Shown: piece by piece, positions 23,500 through 37,950 of the stretch
Layout of the letters: each line of letters starts with the position of its first letter
How positions within the stretch are numbered: the first letter of the stretch is position 1
NCBI GenBank assembly: GCA_964187785.1
Contig: OZ076409.1
Span: 42,534,001-42,598,000, forward strand
Length of the DNA stretch: 64,000 nt
Direction: 5' to 3'
Source of the DNA: Amphiscolops sp. MND2022
Taxonomy: Eukaryota
Program-made: the position numbers and the translations under genes
Notes under the pieces: generated by a model
What the model saw: the letters and a program-made list of their open reading frames with translations, nothing else
Told to the model about the DNA's origin: nothing
Databases searched by the model: none

Positions 23500-25880
23500 T
23501 TTTTTCCCCAATTTTAAACGTTTTAATGCAATTTTTGTAAAATTTTCGACAGACTTCGTGGATTAGAATGTTGAAAACGCTCAACATGGCACTAATTTAT
23601 TGTCCAGTAGATTTTCCGAAAAGATAATAGCTGTTTTCCACATGAAAAGATCTGAAATTGACACTAGAAATGACAAAAATCCCAAAATTTTCAATTTTTC
23701 AAAACTTTTACGCATTTTTCGTCAAATTTTTGACAGACTTCGTAGATTGGAATGTTTTAAAGGGTCATCAAGGAAAAGATTGGTTGTCCAATAGTCTTTT
23801 CAAAGACTTTATAGCATTTTTTGGAATGAAAATGTCTCAAATTGACACCAAAAATGACAAAAATCTCAAAATTTTCCAATTTTCAAAGGTTTTATGCTTT
23901 TTTTTTCAAAATTGTCGACAGACTTTGTGGATTGGAACGTTTAAAAAGGTCAACAAGATAGCGTTGTCCAATAGGCTTTTCCGAAGAGTTTATTGCAGTT
24001 TTCCAAGTGAAATTATCTTAAATTGAAACCGAAAATGACAAAAAACCAAAATTTTCCAATGTCCAAAGTTTTTATGCATTTTTTGTTAAGATTTCGACAG
24101 ACCCTCGTTTGGGATTCTCCAAAGGGTCAACAGAAAAGGGTTGCTTGCCCAGTAATCTTTTATGAAGAAATAATTGCAATGTTCTGAATGAAAATGTCTC
24201 AAATTGACATGGAAGATGACGAAAACCCCAAACTTTTCCAATTTTAAAAGATTTTATGTACTTTAAAAAAACAAATTACAGACATTGTCAACTGGAACAT
24301 TGAAAAGAGTCAACAGGGAATAAATGTGTTGTCCATTATGCTTAGGAGTTAGATAAATGCAGTTAATTAAACGAAAACTGTCCGGAATAAAACATCGAAA
24401 AAGACAAAACTTCGAAAGTTTTCCAATTTTGACAATGTTTTTTAAATTTTTGTCGATATATCGATAGACTCCGAGGACTAAATTGTTAAAACTTCTAAAG
24501 CATTGGCAAAAACTTGCTGTTTTGGTGAGCTTCCGTCAGGAGATGAAATCAATTTGTAAAAGAAAATTGCCTCAAAATGACCATTGATTGTCGAAAAGTT
24601 TGAAGTTTTTGTCGTTTTTGATGCAATTTCTGTGCAAATTTCGAGAGATTTTGTTCTAAGTTCCATCACAATCAATTCAACAACGAAAGAACGAGCTATG
24701 TTTTATGATGTTTGAAGAGAACGTTGCAGCGTTTCGCTTCGAAAACACCTCAGAATAACTCCAAAGGTGTCGAAAAATTTCAACTCTTTCGGTTTTGTGC
24801 AACCTGTGTACTTGAATAGTTTTGGAGTCAGAATGTTGGAAAACGTACAACAAAGACTGAACTCATTATCCAGTAGTCTTTGAAGGGATATTCGCAGACT
24901 TTGGTTGGAAAATGGCTCAAAATTGACCGTTAAAAATCGAAAATTTTGTCAAATTCTGACAATTTCATTGAATTTTCTTTTGATTTTGGAGAATTTCGGT
25001 GAAATAAAAGCCTAAAAAAGCTCCAAGTTATAAAACGAGATCCAAAGCACGTTTTTCAAAAACAAATTGCATAATTTATGGTCGAAAGTTTCCTCAGCCT
25101 GATTCTGAGAATAACCCAAGACTTTTCAAGTTCTTTTCAGTCTTTTAGGCCGCTTTTTGTACAATATTTGAGCTTCTTCCTTGCATAAGATTGTTTGAAA
25201 AACTCAACAATGACTAATCCCAGTATCTCTAGTAGGCAATTTTGAAGAGATAACTGCCTTCTCTATTAGAAATGTCATCAAAAACACCCAAAAATCCATG
25301 AAACAACAAAAAAGCACGTTGTTTGACAAACGAATCCCAATTTTTGTGTAAACCACGAACGTTTTTTGCAGAATAGAACTCCCAATGACCTGAGCGTTGA
25401 AATTTTAAGGTATTCAAAACGCAATTGGGTAAAAAGTGAGATGAAGTTTACAACAAAGTTGTCAAAGTTTCCTAACTTTCTTTATTTTGAACAACATAGT
25501 CCAAATTTTGGAGCCTTTCCGAAAATTTACTATAATCAGAATTACCATAGGCTCAAATTGAAAAGTGTAGCTACCATTAGTGTTTCGAAAAAATATCAGA
25601 CAAGTTTATTTGCACAACTTTCAAAAACGTTTTTGTGAAAACGTATTTTTCGACCTCTTTTGTCCAATATTCAAACACCTTCAAGCAAAATCACTGGATA
25701 AGGAGTGCACCTTCCAAAGGAAAATTTTTCGGCTACCCCGTGTGTTAGAATGTTGTAGACATTCAACAATAACTAAACTCGGTGTCCAGTAGGCTTGTTT
25801 GTGAAGAGATATCTGTAGAATCATGTCAGAAAAGTTCCTCAAATTGACACCAAAGTTGTCAAACCTATTTCCAGTTTTTG
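23500..25880. repeat. Degenerate tandem array, period ~180-186 bp, roughly 13 units
   Basis: acagacttcgt-like anchors at ~23548, 23733, 23918, 24097, 24278 and 24464; recurrent ctcaaattgacacc and tgtccagtag motifs that decay rightwards. Confidence 0.8.
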
Positions 25881-28800
25881 ACACTTCTGGTTAAACTACG
25901 TGCTATGTGCATTAATATAACAAACCGGGATCGCCCAATTTTCCTAAGTTTGCAAAGGACTTAGTTTCATGCTCTTACCATTTTCTCAGTGCCAAAAATT
26001 ACCACAAGAAATTACCACGCCTGAGACTAGGAAACCACTTTTTCCCCAACAGGAATAACAAAAAATTCAATTTTTCTATTTTTTTCCGATGAAGTTCTTT
26101 GATGGCAAAACAAGTTTCAGCTCGCAAAACCAATTTGTTCAAGCCGAAATTTTCTTTGAAAGCAGGGGCATACTCTTTGACCAAATGAAAGTTTTGGAAA
26201 GACGCACAGAACTGAAAAAAACTGAAATGAGGTAATTTCCACAATCAATAAGAAACCTCGTCAGTTCTATATGACCAAAAGTAACAAAGAAGTCACCCTC
26301 AAGACTCGGGAAACTTGTTTCCTTTACAGAAATCTTAAAAACCAAAAATTGCAAAAAATGTGTTTTCCGAAATTTATTTCAAAAAATTTATTAAAATTTT
26401 TATCTTTTCTCGGTAAGTCGCATAAAAAAACGAAAAGTGGCCAGCTATCGCAGAAATAATAAATTAGGCGTTTCCTTTAAAATGGGCTAGGATGAATCAA
26501 AGCTTTCTGTTCTTCGAACTTCTTTGCGTGTTTAGTGCTGCATGGGCTATTCTTGAGCTTCAAATTTATGTAGTTGTAGAACAGTTTGGGGCGGAAATTA
26601 TCTCGCTGCTCAATGGGCGTCTTGTTTTGAATATTAATTTTTTTTGTGACTTAGAAAAGAAAGCTGTTCATCTCCTAATCAAGAATGAAGTGAATCCATG
26701 AATTGAAATAGTGTGGACAAAGTCTTATGTAGATCCTAAATTATAACTTGGAAATTAATTTTAAAATTGCAGGTTTATAGTTTGGTTTTAGTCTTTTTGT
26801 TTCCAAAATTTTCCACAAAATACCATTAAGTGAAAAACATCACTTATTCTAATTTGATTAACTGATTTCATTAAAATTTTTTACTAAGGAAAGGATTCTT
26901 TGAGAAATCGAGTACACCGATACTACGTACAACCAATTCTTGCGCTGTGCAAGCAGTAAGATGAACTTTATGATCAATATGCACGGCAGAATTTTTAGAC
27001 AAAACTGCAACATTTTGGAAAAGGTTACTCTCATAGGAAATGATGATGTCATTCAAACCTACGTTGTAGTCATTGGTTATAAACCACTAGTAATCATCGT
27101 AGCTGAAAACTCTGACCATGATGAAGTTGCTTTGACCAATGGCTGTAGTAGTTGTCGAGGTAGGTTGTACTCACTACTACAATTCGTCATAACCACCAAA
27201 GTAGCATCGGACTGGTGCCCATTTTGTGATCGAACAACAATCCTTGATCTTCTTAATCAGTCAGCTTGAAGCTGTGGTTTGAAAGTGACTTGTTCAAGGT
27301 CACAATGGTCTGACCGTTGCTCTGTTTTGTTTTCCTTTTCTCCGCCAAATTCGCTATTCTTTTTCCATTGACAATACCCCTGAGCTATGAATGAAGGACT
27401 TCTTGCTTAAGGCCCAGCAAAGCTGAGAGTTGAGGGATATTCGAACGTGATACTGCGCAGTACAGACCGAATGCTGAAAATACTACACCCCTAATGACAC
27501 ACTCTCTCTGCATGTCAAACCTTAAACTATAGTTTTCGGGGTATTGCTATTTCTGCAAGAAATCTACACTGAATTATACTAATAAAGACCCTGGAACAGC
27601 ATTTACCGGACTGGAAGTCTGCTTTCTTGAACGTTTAATTGAATTTTTCGAATTTTAATATTTTTCTGGCTTTGCAAGATTTGAGAATAGTCAATTATCC
27701 AACTAAAACAGAGGTCCATGGCGGGCAAAAATGTGACAAGAAATTTGCAAGATTTACCATAGAAGCCAAAATGCCAATAAAGAGGTCTTAACGATTTTTC
27801 TGAGATATTAGATTCGCATTCATGGTCTAGAGAATGTATAATCCTTACAGCAGTATTGTGTTCTTTTTGATGAGTTTTTATGCAGCAATTGCCTCGCGAT
27901 TTACCGTAGAAGTTACTTAACTTAGTATCCTTTTTTTGTTTTTCCTCTTCAGATTTAATGTGGTTTATCTGTAGTATGGTACTTTACGTTGTTGGTTTAT
28001 TGGTTTTTTTTTGTCTCATTTGCCAATGGTAATTTCTTGCATTTTTGACGATGGCCTTCGTGAATGTACTCAAGTTTCAAGTTTCAACTTCATCCTCTAT
28101 GAAGATATGTCTTCCTTTTGGATGGGATTGTCACAGCCAAAAACATTGTCACTTGTTACGCCCAGGTTGAAACTGACTATTGCAACTTCGTTGTCTTATG
28201 AAAATGTGTGCAGGAAAATACTATCGGGCAGCTGTTGAACTGCTGTTTTTGTAAGAGTGATTTTCTGAAGTTTTCTTCGGTCACTAAACTCATTTTTTTT
28301 TCGTTTTATCTTCGATAATTCTACTTCGAACTTTAGTATGGACGAAGTACATTTTGTATCATACTTGAGATTTCTCCCTCAATGTCCCATTTTCCATTGC
28401 GTTATTTAGTCTTCAAAGCCATTTCTACTCATGGAGCATTTCTTTAACGGACTATTATTGGCTGTGTCAGAAAAAAATTCGGACGGACATTTTCACCTTA
28501 GAACCACAAAGGGACCGAAACCGATCTGATTCTTCTGTAGCATAACATTGTGAGAACGTTTTCTCTGATTTTTCCAATTCTTGAATTTCGAGATTTGTTG
28601 AAAATCAACCACCTGGTTACGGGAATTCCACAAACGGATGAAAAAGGTTTATAGTTGTACATTACTATACTAGATAGAAAAAAAATTGTTTGGTGAAAAT
28701 TCATCGAATTTTGGTAACTATGTTTGGACAGACATTCAATTGATTTCCAGTGAACTTAGCTCAGTAATTTTGAAATAGGCTAACGTAACGGGATTTCTGG

Positions 28801-31800
28801 AATGTGGAAGAAACATTGGCAGTGATAAAATTGACTGTTTTGAACTTCAGCCGATGAAAAAACCGTATTTGAAACTCCAGTGGACATTCAACGACATGGT
28901 TGGATGATCCACAGTAGCTGATTCTACAGTTAGGAAATTAGAAGTAGATTTGTTTTTCGGATTGGTCGGTCTTTTCAAAAATCTGATTTTACTCACCTGA
29001 GTGATGTACCGTGGTATTGTGGCGTTTGGGACAAAAGCATTGTGTTCTTATTTTTTTTAAGGTTAACGGAATTTCTCTGTCTGGTAATGGACTCTGGAAA
29101 ACAGGAGTAAGTGGGTTCGAATCCTGCACTAGACCAAGTAAAGAAGGGAAATTTCGGCTACTGTGCGACTTTTTATAAAAACCGAAGAGCCTTCTTTTGA
29201 TTTTCAGGTGGAGAAAGTGTTTTACCACCTTCCGGGGCTTCTTTTGGTTTTTCGGCACTGTGCAACTTTTTGGCGAGAAAAACTTTCCAAACAGAGTTTT
29301 TGGGTTTTTTCGGATGTTTCCATTATGAAAAAAAACACTTCCTGAGTCTCAGTGTCTTTTCGAATTAATCGTGCCTTGGAAAAAGCGTTTAAACCTTGGC
29401 GGCCCCATTCATCAACTCAATACAAGAAAATACAAGTAATAAAATGCTGAATTCGATAAAAGGACTCCCCCTAGTATCTTGATTTTTCCCTGTCTGAATC
29501 GAACCCTCATATTAACTTCTATTGGCATAGTGCCACGTCTTTCTAAGGTCCACTGGGCATATCGTGACCATAATATAGCCTCTTTTTAGCATGCCATGAG
29601 CCGCACTTACAGCTACCTGTATCTGAAAAACCTGTATCTGGAAAACCTTCTCTTTAGAAACCTTTTTGAACTCTCCGAATTTTCCCACTCACAGTGCTTA
29701 CAAGTCCAATAAATCTTCTGAGACATTCTATTACATTTTCCATTCCTTTTCGTCTTCTCTATGATTCTGTTCGTTTCATTGCTGTTTCTGTTCTGTCCAG
29801 AAAATCCTGAGTCTGCTCTAGTTTCACATAGTTTTGAGGTTCTCTGTTTTCAGACTTTTTTCACAGTAAATCAGGGTTATCGGAATTGTTTGATAATGTT
29901 TCATTCGAGTTCGATTCTTACGAGCTGAAGACCTTATTTATGGTTTACGTATCAAATAATAAGACAATAGCCTCCAAGAAAAGCTTTCCGTTTCAGTCGA
30001 ATGCAATATTCATCAAATTCAGAACTCGAGTGGTTACATTATCGAAGTTTGGCTCTACATTTGTTGTTAGAAACACAAGTAATCTGATTTTTCGTTGTTT
30101 TAACAAGAAACGAAAATTGTAGTTTTAGGACTGGACGTTTTAGCCAATCGCTACTAAAAGCGCTATTCGAGAATTGTTAAGTACATTCCACTTGGTCTTG
30201 CAGTTAACACGGGTTTCCATGCCTGGGGACGGCGCATGGGGAACAGGAGTACGTGGATTCGAGTATCGCGCTAAACCAAAAGTTTTTTTTTATGTTTTGA
30301 AAGTTAGAGGGTAAAACAAAGGGACCACTTTGGAATTTTTATTGAGTTTTTGCTCTTTTTTTGATATTGTTCCAAGGTGAAGGCCCCCTTTTAGTTTTCA
30401 GCAGATACAAATCGGTTTTGCGAGCAGGAAGAGGCCATTTAGGGTTTTTCACAACAGTCTGTGACACCCAGAGACAACTCCCATATCACAAATGAGAGCT
30501 TCACATGGTATTCGAAGCCAACAGACACTGGTCTCAAGTTTATTTTCCATAACCGTGCCCCTACAAAATACAAACCCAAATAGTTGATGGCAATATTCAC
30601 CGCAAACAATCAAGTAACATCTACTTGGAGTGCCTTCAAAACGGGCATAGAGAAAGCAGAAAGCTGGAGGGCTAATCAGTGACCACCAGATTTTTTAACC
30701 CAGTTGTCAGAAACACTGTCAATAAGATCTTGGCATGCGACAATGGTAACGAATCAACAGAGAGGCAATGTGTATCCAGAAGTCTATTTTTATGCTACAG
30801 TACAGAGGTCGCGTGAATGCAAACTTGGCGAAAAAGCTTCGTGTGTTTGGATTTTCAACCATTTTCACAACCAGGAAGCTACGCAGCTGTCTACCTTCTT
30901 GAAGTGCAGATTTCCAGAAAGATCAAAAGTATTGTGGTGTATCATATCGAATGTCCAGGGTATACATTCTGTTTTGTCGTGCAAACCACCGTTATTTAAC
31001 AAAAAAAGCTTAGTGAACATTTTCGGAGATCTGCTTTTCTGGGTCATTATTTTGCGGCATGTGGCGTGGACGTGAAGACTGTGACGGCCAAAGTCATCGA
31101 CACGTGTCTCGATTCCAACAATCGTTTAACACTGGAAACGCTTTACATAGGAGAAACTGGCACTGAACTCGCGATAAGAATATCGACAGAGACAATTGTC
31201 TTTACGCTTTTAGTTATTCTAGCCTTATTCTAGCCCTATTTTTTTTTAAAAATTTGCTTTAGGCCTGATTATATACCTATTAACGTTGTTTTTCGTTTTT
31301 ATGATATCAAAGGTACTATTTGTATTTTTTCAGACCTTGATAATGGCAGCGTTACCGAAAACGTTTTTCGGGTTTTCAGCCTTGTGTGATTTGCCAGGAG
31401 TTTTTCAGAAAAACTGTTACCGCAGCTTTTGATACAAATGTAGTCGATTTTGGAATTGTGTCAAGAAGTTTTATGAAATTTTCTAATTCGATGTGTGACG
31501 TAGCACCAGCCATGTAACTGTTTTTTTCGCTGTTTCCGGCATTTTCTATGCAAAAAGATTGCGAGAGCAGACCGAGTGAGGACACAGAAGGAAAAGGAAT
31601 GAGAGCGCAACAAGACTGTGAAAACCTCGAGAGACATATTTTTGGACCTAACACCCAGCTTTTATCGATATTTAGCATTATGCTACCCTATGTAGGGAAA
31701 ACCGTAAAAATGCTTCTTTTTGCCTAAAAATCTTTGTTTGGTATTTGAGCCCCTGCGCACCAGCTTGTAGCTCTGTGGTCTGTCAGATTTATATATTTTT

Positions 31801-34800
31801 TTGGCGTGCTTTGATATGTTTATAGCAGTATTTGCTAGCCCGAGAACTAGTTTTTTTGGAAATTTAAACGCTATTCCAATGTCACCCTGGAAACAAAAGT
31901 TTACACTATTTTTGGCATTGTTTTCAAGTGCTAGTTTGGCGGAGGTCTTTAGAGAGTCAGAAAGGCGCCCGTTATTAATAGCAATCAACGACAACGACCT
32001 GTTGGAGAGTATTTGTCGAAGCACCCCTGGAGGCAAATTGGATCTCTGGCGATGGGCGCCTCTCTCGAGCGCTTCACCCAATTCTGCAGGTTCCTCCATC
32101 TCTGCTAACGCTTTAAGCAACCGATCACAGCTTGCCGTTACATGAGAACCCATTTTTTTGTGACTACAGAGGGATTATTTCGGATTACTCCCCTATTATA
32201 AGGACTTGAACTTTCTGAACCCCTGGTATTGGAAGCCAAAACCGATTTGACTCGGTCGGGAGATGTTTAACCGGATTTTGTTTTCAATGTTTCCAGATGT
32301 TACGATGGTGTTTGCTGGTATCTTGCTGTAAGTTCGGGGGCTTTCAGTGAATACTTATGATTTTACTGAATACGTATGGTAGAGCTTTGCTAAAGGTGTT
32401 TGTTGACGGTAATCGTCAAAGTTTGCAGGGTTTCCATTAGCAAGTCTTCTTTTTAGAAGCGTAGTTGTCTGCGTCCCTATTGGTTTTAACAGTTTTTTTT
32501 CTGGTACTTGAGCCTGTGTACGAGATGCCAAATTGATGGATAAGCCATGTTCCACTCGACCAAACCATGAGCAGAAACGTATGTCCCTGACTCTCCCCTG
32601 CCTTTTCTCGTGCACCTATTATTGCATCAGTTTTCATTGGAAAAGGTCGCTTTATAGTGCAAAAGTTGCAAAAACGTCTTTTTTGAGGCATAAGCAACAG
32701 CAGCTGCAAAAAGCAGTTAAAAAAGCACAAAAGTTTTAGGGCTCTGATATAGGAAGTAACATCTACCAGGAAAGCCGTTGGAATCTATTTTTGGACACAT
32801 TTGGTATAAAAAAACCTGTTTTTTACGAAAACGGCAAAAATTACGATGAAATGCCACTGCAAGAGTGATGTAATGGCCTCTTACGTGCTACTCGTAGTTT
32901 GGCGCACTCTCCATTGTACCAAACTAAGATTTAACGTTTGTAACGTCATCCTAGTGATAACGGGTCAAAAATTTTGATTTTTTGCCGGTTTCAGGAGTGT
33001 AACAGCACATCATTGAAGTCTCTGGGGCACTCAGTGCTTTCGTAATCTGGGAACTGTATGGTCCTTTTTTTTCTGTTTTTGTAGTAAAAAGTAACGCGTG
33101 GGAGAGGAAGCTGCGCGTAAAAATTCACAATCAGCGCGGAGAAAAAGGTGGAAACGTACTGAAAACTGAAATTTTGAGTGAAACCGGACTTACTAAAAAT
33201 CAGTTCGCTGAACCTATCATGATTGTGGTTGCGTTTTCGCAACTAATGAAAAAATATCCTTCAGCGACGAAAATTCGTCGAACGTATTGTTCACGGGGGT
33301 TGAGATAAACTCTTTTTCGTTTCGACTCGAAAGCGTTGAAAAAGCCGAAAAAGTCTAAACCTGTAAGACCGATAGCGCTTCGGTGTCTACGAGCATGGTT
33401 GATTAGTGGTTAATTCGTGTACTGTGGTAGGTGAGGTTACGCAGTGACCCTATTCCGCCCGTCGGGACCTTTTTAGAACGACCCTATTAGGAAATTGGTG
33501 AAACAAATAATAAAAATTACCAGTTTTTCGGAAGTGGTATCAGTACCTGGTCGGAACCTCTTGTAAGCCATCGTACCTCAAGTGAATGGACCATCGTACC
33601 TTCGTTGTAGGCAGGTGCTTGCTGACAATTACTACCCAGTTCGATGTCAATCGGTACTGTCAGAGCTGAGAAATTAAAGAAAACAGGCCGCACATAAATG
33701 CACGCAGAAAAGCATTTCTTTTGGAATTGTCTGAACACTTTAGTGCAAGAGTGGTCCCACTTTGCTGCCCACCATCGTACTTTCTGCTAATTATTGTATT
33801 GTTGCCGAAACGATGAGCTTTCAACATTCTCACAGTGGACCGGAAAATTGGATGACAGGTGAATTACAGTTTTTATTGGAACACAGTGACACGGAACGTC
33901 TGTACTGCACTGAAATTATGCGTAGTTGCCTTAGTCCAATTCAGTGATCAATCCCGTGTACCTTGGTATACGTGGGGGTGTTTGGATGATTTTGAGACTA
34001 ACCCTACGTTTGGAGTGTGAGCACAAACCACGTACGATTTTGTCGAGTGGATCTGAAAAACGCAATAAACGCAAAAAAAGACTCTGATTTGTGACTGGAG
34101 ACTAATACCCCAATTCAGGATTTAGTTTCTGATCAGTAAAGGTAGTGAAATACTGTATACTTCGCAGCTTGCTAAAAAACTGGATCGAATTTCGACACAT
34201 TTTGTACTTGCATAGTCCTTGTTTCAGTTTAAGGTTTCCATGATAGGAAAACTGGGAAAGTGGTACGAAGCCAGCTCTACGTGCTGCAAATCTGTGGAAC
34301 ACCCTGTTGTGAAATCCTAGTCGCGAACCCATTGCTGTACGGGCAAATTTTCGTTAGTATCGAGTGGGCTGTCTCTGTGGATCGAAGGGTTCTGTTCCCT
34401 ATAGTTGTGATATCCTGTGTTTTGTAACGAGTGGGACCATCTCTTGGCAATACCGGCGCACCTTATTGAAGAATTGGATTTTTCTGCTTTAAGCTATTGT
34501 TATCAGTGTCAGTTGGTGATCCGTTTTTGAATAAGTGAGCTCGGTAGCTCAGCACTGTAGACGAAAGTCGTCGATTTCACGTGAAAAATAGTGTCAGTTG
34601 AAACAAGGTGATACAGCGCGCCTGTACCGGATCTGAAACTAGTCCAAAAGTCTGAGACCCAATCAACAACAACTGCAGGCTGCCTGACAGTACGTCACGG
34701 TAAGATCGTGTGACCACATTTGAGCCCAATCCTTCGTTTACAGCGTTTGTACGAGTCACTTGAGTTTCTCGAAGAAAGTTCGAAAGTTCGGAAAATCAGT

Positions 34801-35993
34801 GAAAAAGACTCTTACTTGTAGCTGGAGGCATTTATCTGCTTCGCAAAGGTACTCCTCAAACCTGACAAAAACCGTGACTGACAAACTGTGTCGTTTCGTG
34901 CCAGGTACCACTGATAGAATTGAATTTGACTGCGCTGAGACGTGCATTTTGACAAAAACCCCGAAATCCACCAGTAAAACGAACAACATAAAACCTTGAT
35001 ACTTTCGCTGTACAGAAGACAGAGACAAAAAGCTTTCATTGTCAAACTGAAGGAATCTTGTGGGTCTTGGGTTCAAACGAGACAAATCCTGCAATTCAAA
35101 AAATGCCGGCAGAGGTCATAAGTTTTTAACTCCACTGGGACATTGAAAATGGATGCTGATAAAGATGAAATCAGGAGCTTTAAGTGTCTGTGGCTCACTT
35201 TGGACTGAACAATTCGAGGAGAACAAGTTTAGGCGTTTCCCTATGAGCTCAAGCAGGGTTTTGAATATCCAAGGGCCACCGAGGAATCTGAGGCAACCAA
35301 AATTACAAGTTTGTGAGGAATGCAACCACCTTGCGAAAAAAATAGCCGGATTGCCCGAGTGTGAAATTCTTTCTGATCCCCTTGTGTCTCGTTTTGGTCT
35401 TATTATGTTAGCATAAGCACCGAACATTACGTCGGCTCTGCAGAGAACACTTTTGGGTATTCACCACACACCGAAGTTCATTGAGGTGAATAGTTCGAGT
35501 GAAGCATATGGGAGCTATCTGAAGTTGAAATGAAACGATCGAAGATTCTTGAGCGCCTCTGCTTCTTGTTCAAGCGCATTACAACCAATCAATGAACTGG
35601 CGGAGACTCTAGAAAACGAATCCCAGATGGCCGACCGAGCGATGAAATAGGAGGATCTGAACGAGAAAGAGGTCGAGAGACTGTTTCACAGTGGTCTATG
35701 ATTTTTCAGATCCGATGATAGATAACTCGCGAGTTGCCGAGCCAGAGAAAGAGACAAGAGCTTCCGCCACAATTCATACTCGTCGAGATGATTATCTATC
35801 CACTGAGCAGTAATGGATATTACCGAAGCAAAGGGCTGGCAAGTGACTGGACAGACGGATGAAATGAAAAATGTCCTAGAACAGTCCGACCAATCGCATA
35901 CAAGGGTTCGAAGAACGGAACCATTGATGAATGGTTGCTGGTGATAAAACAGCATATGGAGCGAGTTTGTCATTACGATACACATCCCTGTCA

Positions 35994-36019
35994 CGAACTA
36001 GCAGGATCCTGCTAGTTCG
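35994..36019. repeat. Perfect 26-bp palindrome
   Basis: cgaactagcaggatcctgctagttcg. Confidence 0.9.
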
Positions 36020-37399
36020 ATTTTTGTCCAATAAGAGCGCAAATAGTTTTTTTAGAAGTTTTCCACTTGATTCAATTTATCAATGATTCGATTTTTTTCA
36101 CCTGTTGACAAAGCCTGGGCGATGTGAAATGACTTAGGAGATGAAGCTCGAAGTTACATAGTCAACAAACTGACGTTCAAACGGGATACTGGAGTCCACA
36201 ACCTTTGACCATGGTAGCCGAACGTTACTGTGTGTACACTTAAAACTGGCCTCGGAGCAACAAATACGCAAGGATGTGACTTTGGAAAACATTAAGCGGG
36301 AGTTAACGAGCAATACCGCTTCCGAAAGGGTCTCCTCCCTCAGCTCTGCTAAAACTGATTATACCGAAGACAGCACAAGCACAGCAAACTCGCCAGTTCC
36401 AGTGCACGCTAACATGAATGGCGTGGATATGATGTTCGATGCCAGCGTGGTTGTAGAAGTGTTGCTTCAAGAAGTGTGTCTAGGGCCACATGAACTAGTC
36501 TGCTACAGCATCAGCAAACAGGAGACCCGATTGGATGAACGCACATCGCTCGTGATGTACTTTGCAGTGCCAGAGGCAAACACTTTTTCCAGTGAGAGGA
36601 ACTGTCGACACGGGGTCTGGCTTATCAATTATGACATTTTTAGGCCTTTAATCGTGTAGCTTTTCAGACAATCCTAGCGCTGCAAGCACACCGAGTTGAC
36701 TTCTATGCCACCAAGGGAAAAACCAATCTCAAGTTTTGGAATAGCGGAGCGTGTGAGCTTCTAACTCGATGGATAAGAACTCGGAACTAATTTCGTGGTC
36801 GTCGATGATCTATATGAATTGGATGCTTTCATGCTTGATAGGTATTTCCACGAGCACACTAGCATATAACGTGCTGGTAGATCTGACCCTCCATGAAACT
36901 TTCGTGCGAGCCACAGCTAAGCCTGAAACGAGTGACGAAACTTTATCTTGCACAGTAGTCTAGGGTCAAGACGTGGTGCTCCAGCCCTAAGAACGTGCCG
37001 TTCTATGAGCCAAGGTGGTCACTTCGGACTTGGAAGCTGTCACTTTCAGGAGTGTTGTGAATTACTTTGCAACTGGGAACCAACTGCTGAAGATAGCAGT
37101 TTCCGTGGAAGACACTATAACCACAATTCCGTCCACACGACCTTGTTCGAAATTGATCTGAGTTCCCAATCAAAGTATTCATTGTCATCGGAGATCGAGT
37201 ATATTTTCATTTTGGACCCATCGGAGGAAAAATTTTCAGAGTGTGATAATCAGCATGCAGACTTACCCTGTTCTATTGGCGCCTATTCCAGAACCCGAAT
37301 CTCAGGAGATACGAAAGTTAAGGGGACAAATTGCCTCAACACCTCTCTGGATAAGATCCTAATATATTTTGGCTATCTAATCACGAGGCACAAAGCAGA

Positions 37400-37950
37400 C
37401 ATCGGCCGCTGTAAAATTGGCAAACGTCCAATGGAGGTGGGACCTAGGGCTGCCACTCATCGAGAAGAAGTCAGGCACATGTTGCAAGAGAAAGCAGAGC
37501 GCATCAATCAAGAAGTGCGCAATCTCCTACCATTCGGCATGATCCAATCTTCGCTGTCACCTTGAGGGAGTGTTAATGTGTTGATCAAAACAAATGGGGA
37601 GTTGCGCTTCTGTTGCGACTTCCGCCCCTCAATGCACTGACCATAAACGACGAATATCTCGTCCCGCGAAATGATGAAAACCTTTCACGCTTGAGTAGCG
37701 CGACGATATGCGCCAGTATTTAGTTGGCCTGGGCGATCTGGCAAAAACCAGTACGCAAGGCAGATAGGCAGAACACAGCATTCGCTTGTGAGCTGGGTTT
37801 GTTTGAATGGCAACAGATTCTCTTTAAGATGTGCAGCGCTTTAGCTATTTTCCAGAGGGCAATAACGCGAGCGCTACAGAAATTTGTGAACCAGGAAGGC
37901 AGCATGGTGATGGCCCACACTGACAATAATTTCATCAATACCGTAACGGT
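37400..37950 (+). pseudogene. Ty3/gypsy reverse transcriptase remnant (resumes ~38740-38930 after a HINE-like insert)
   Basis: GMIQSSLSP*, ELRFCCDFRP, LAWAIWQ..DRQNTAFACELGLFEW..FKMCSALAIFQRAI. Confidence 0.85.
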
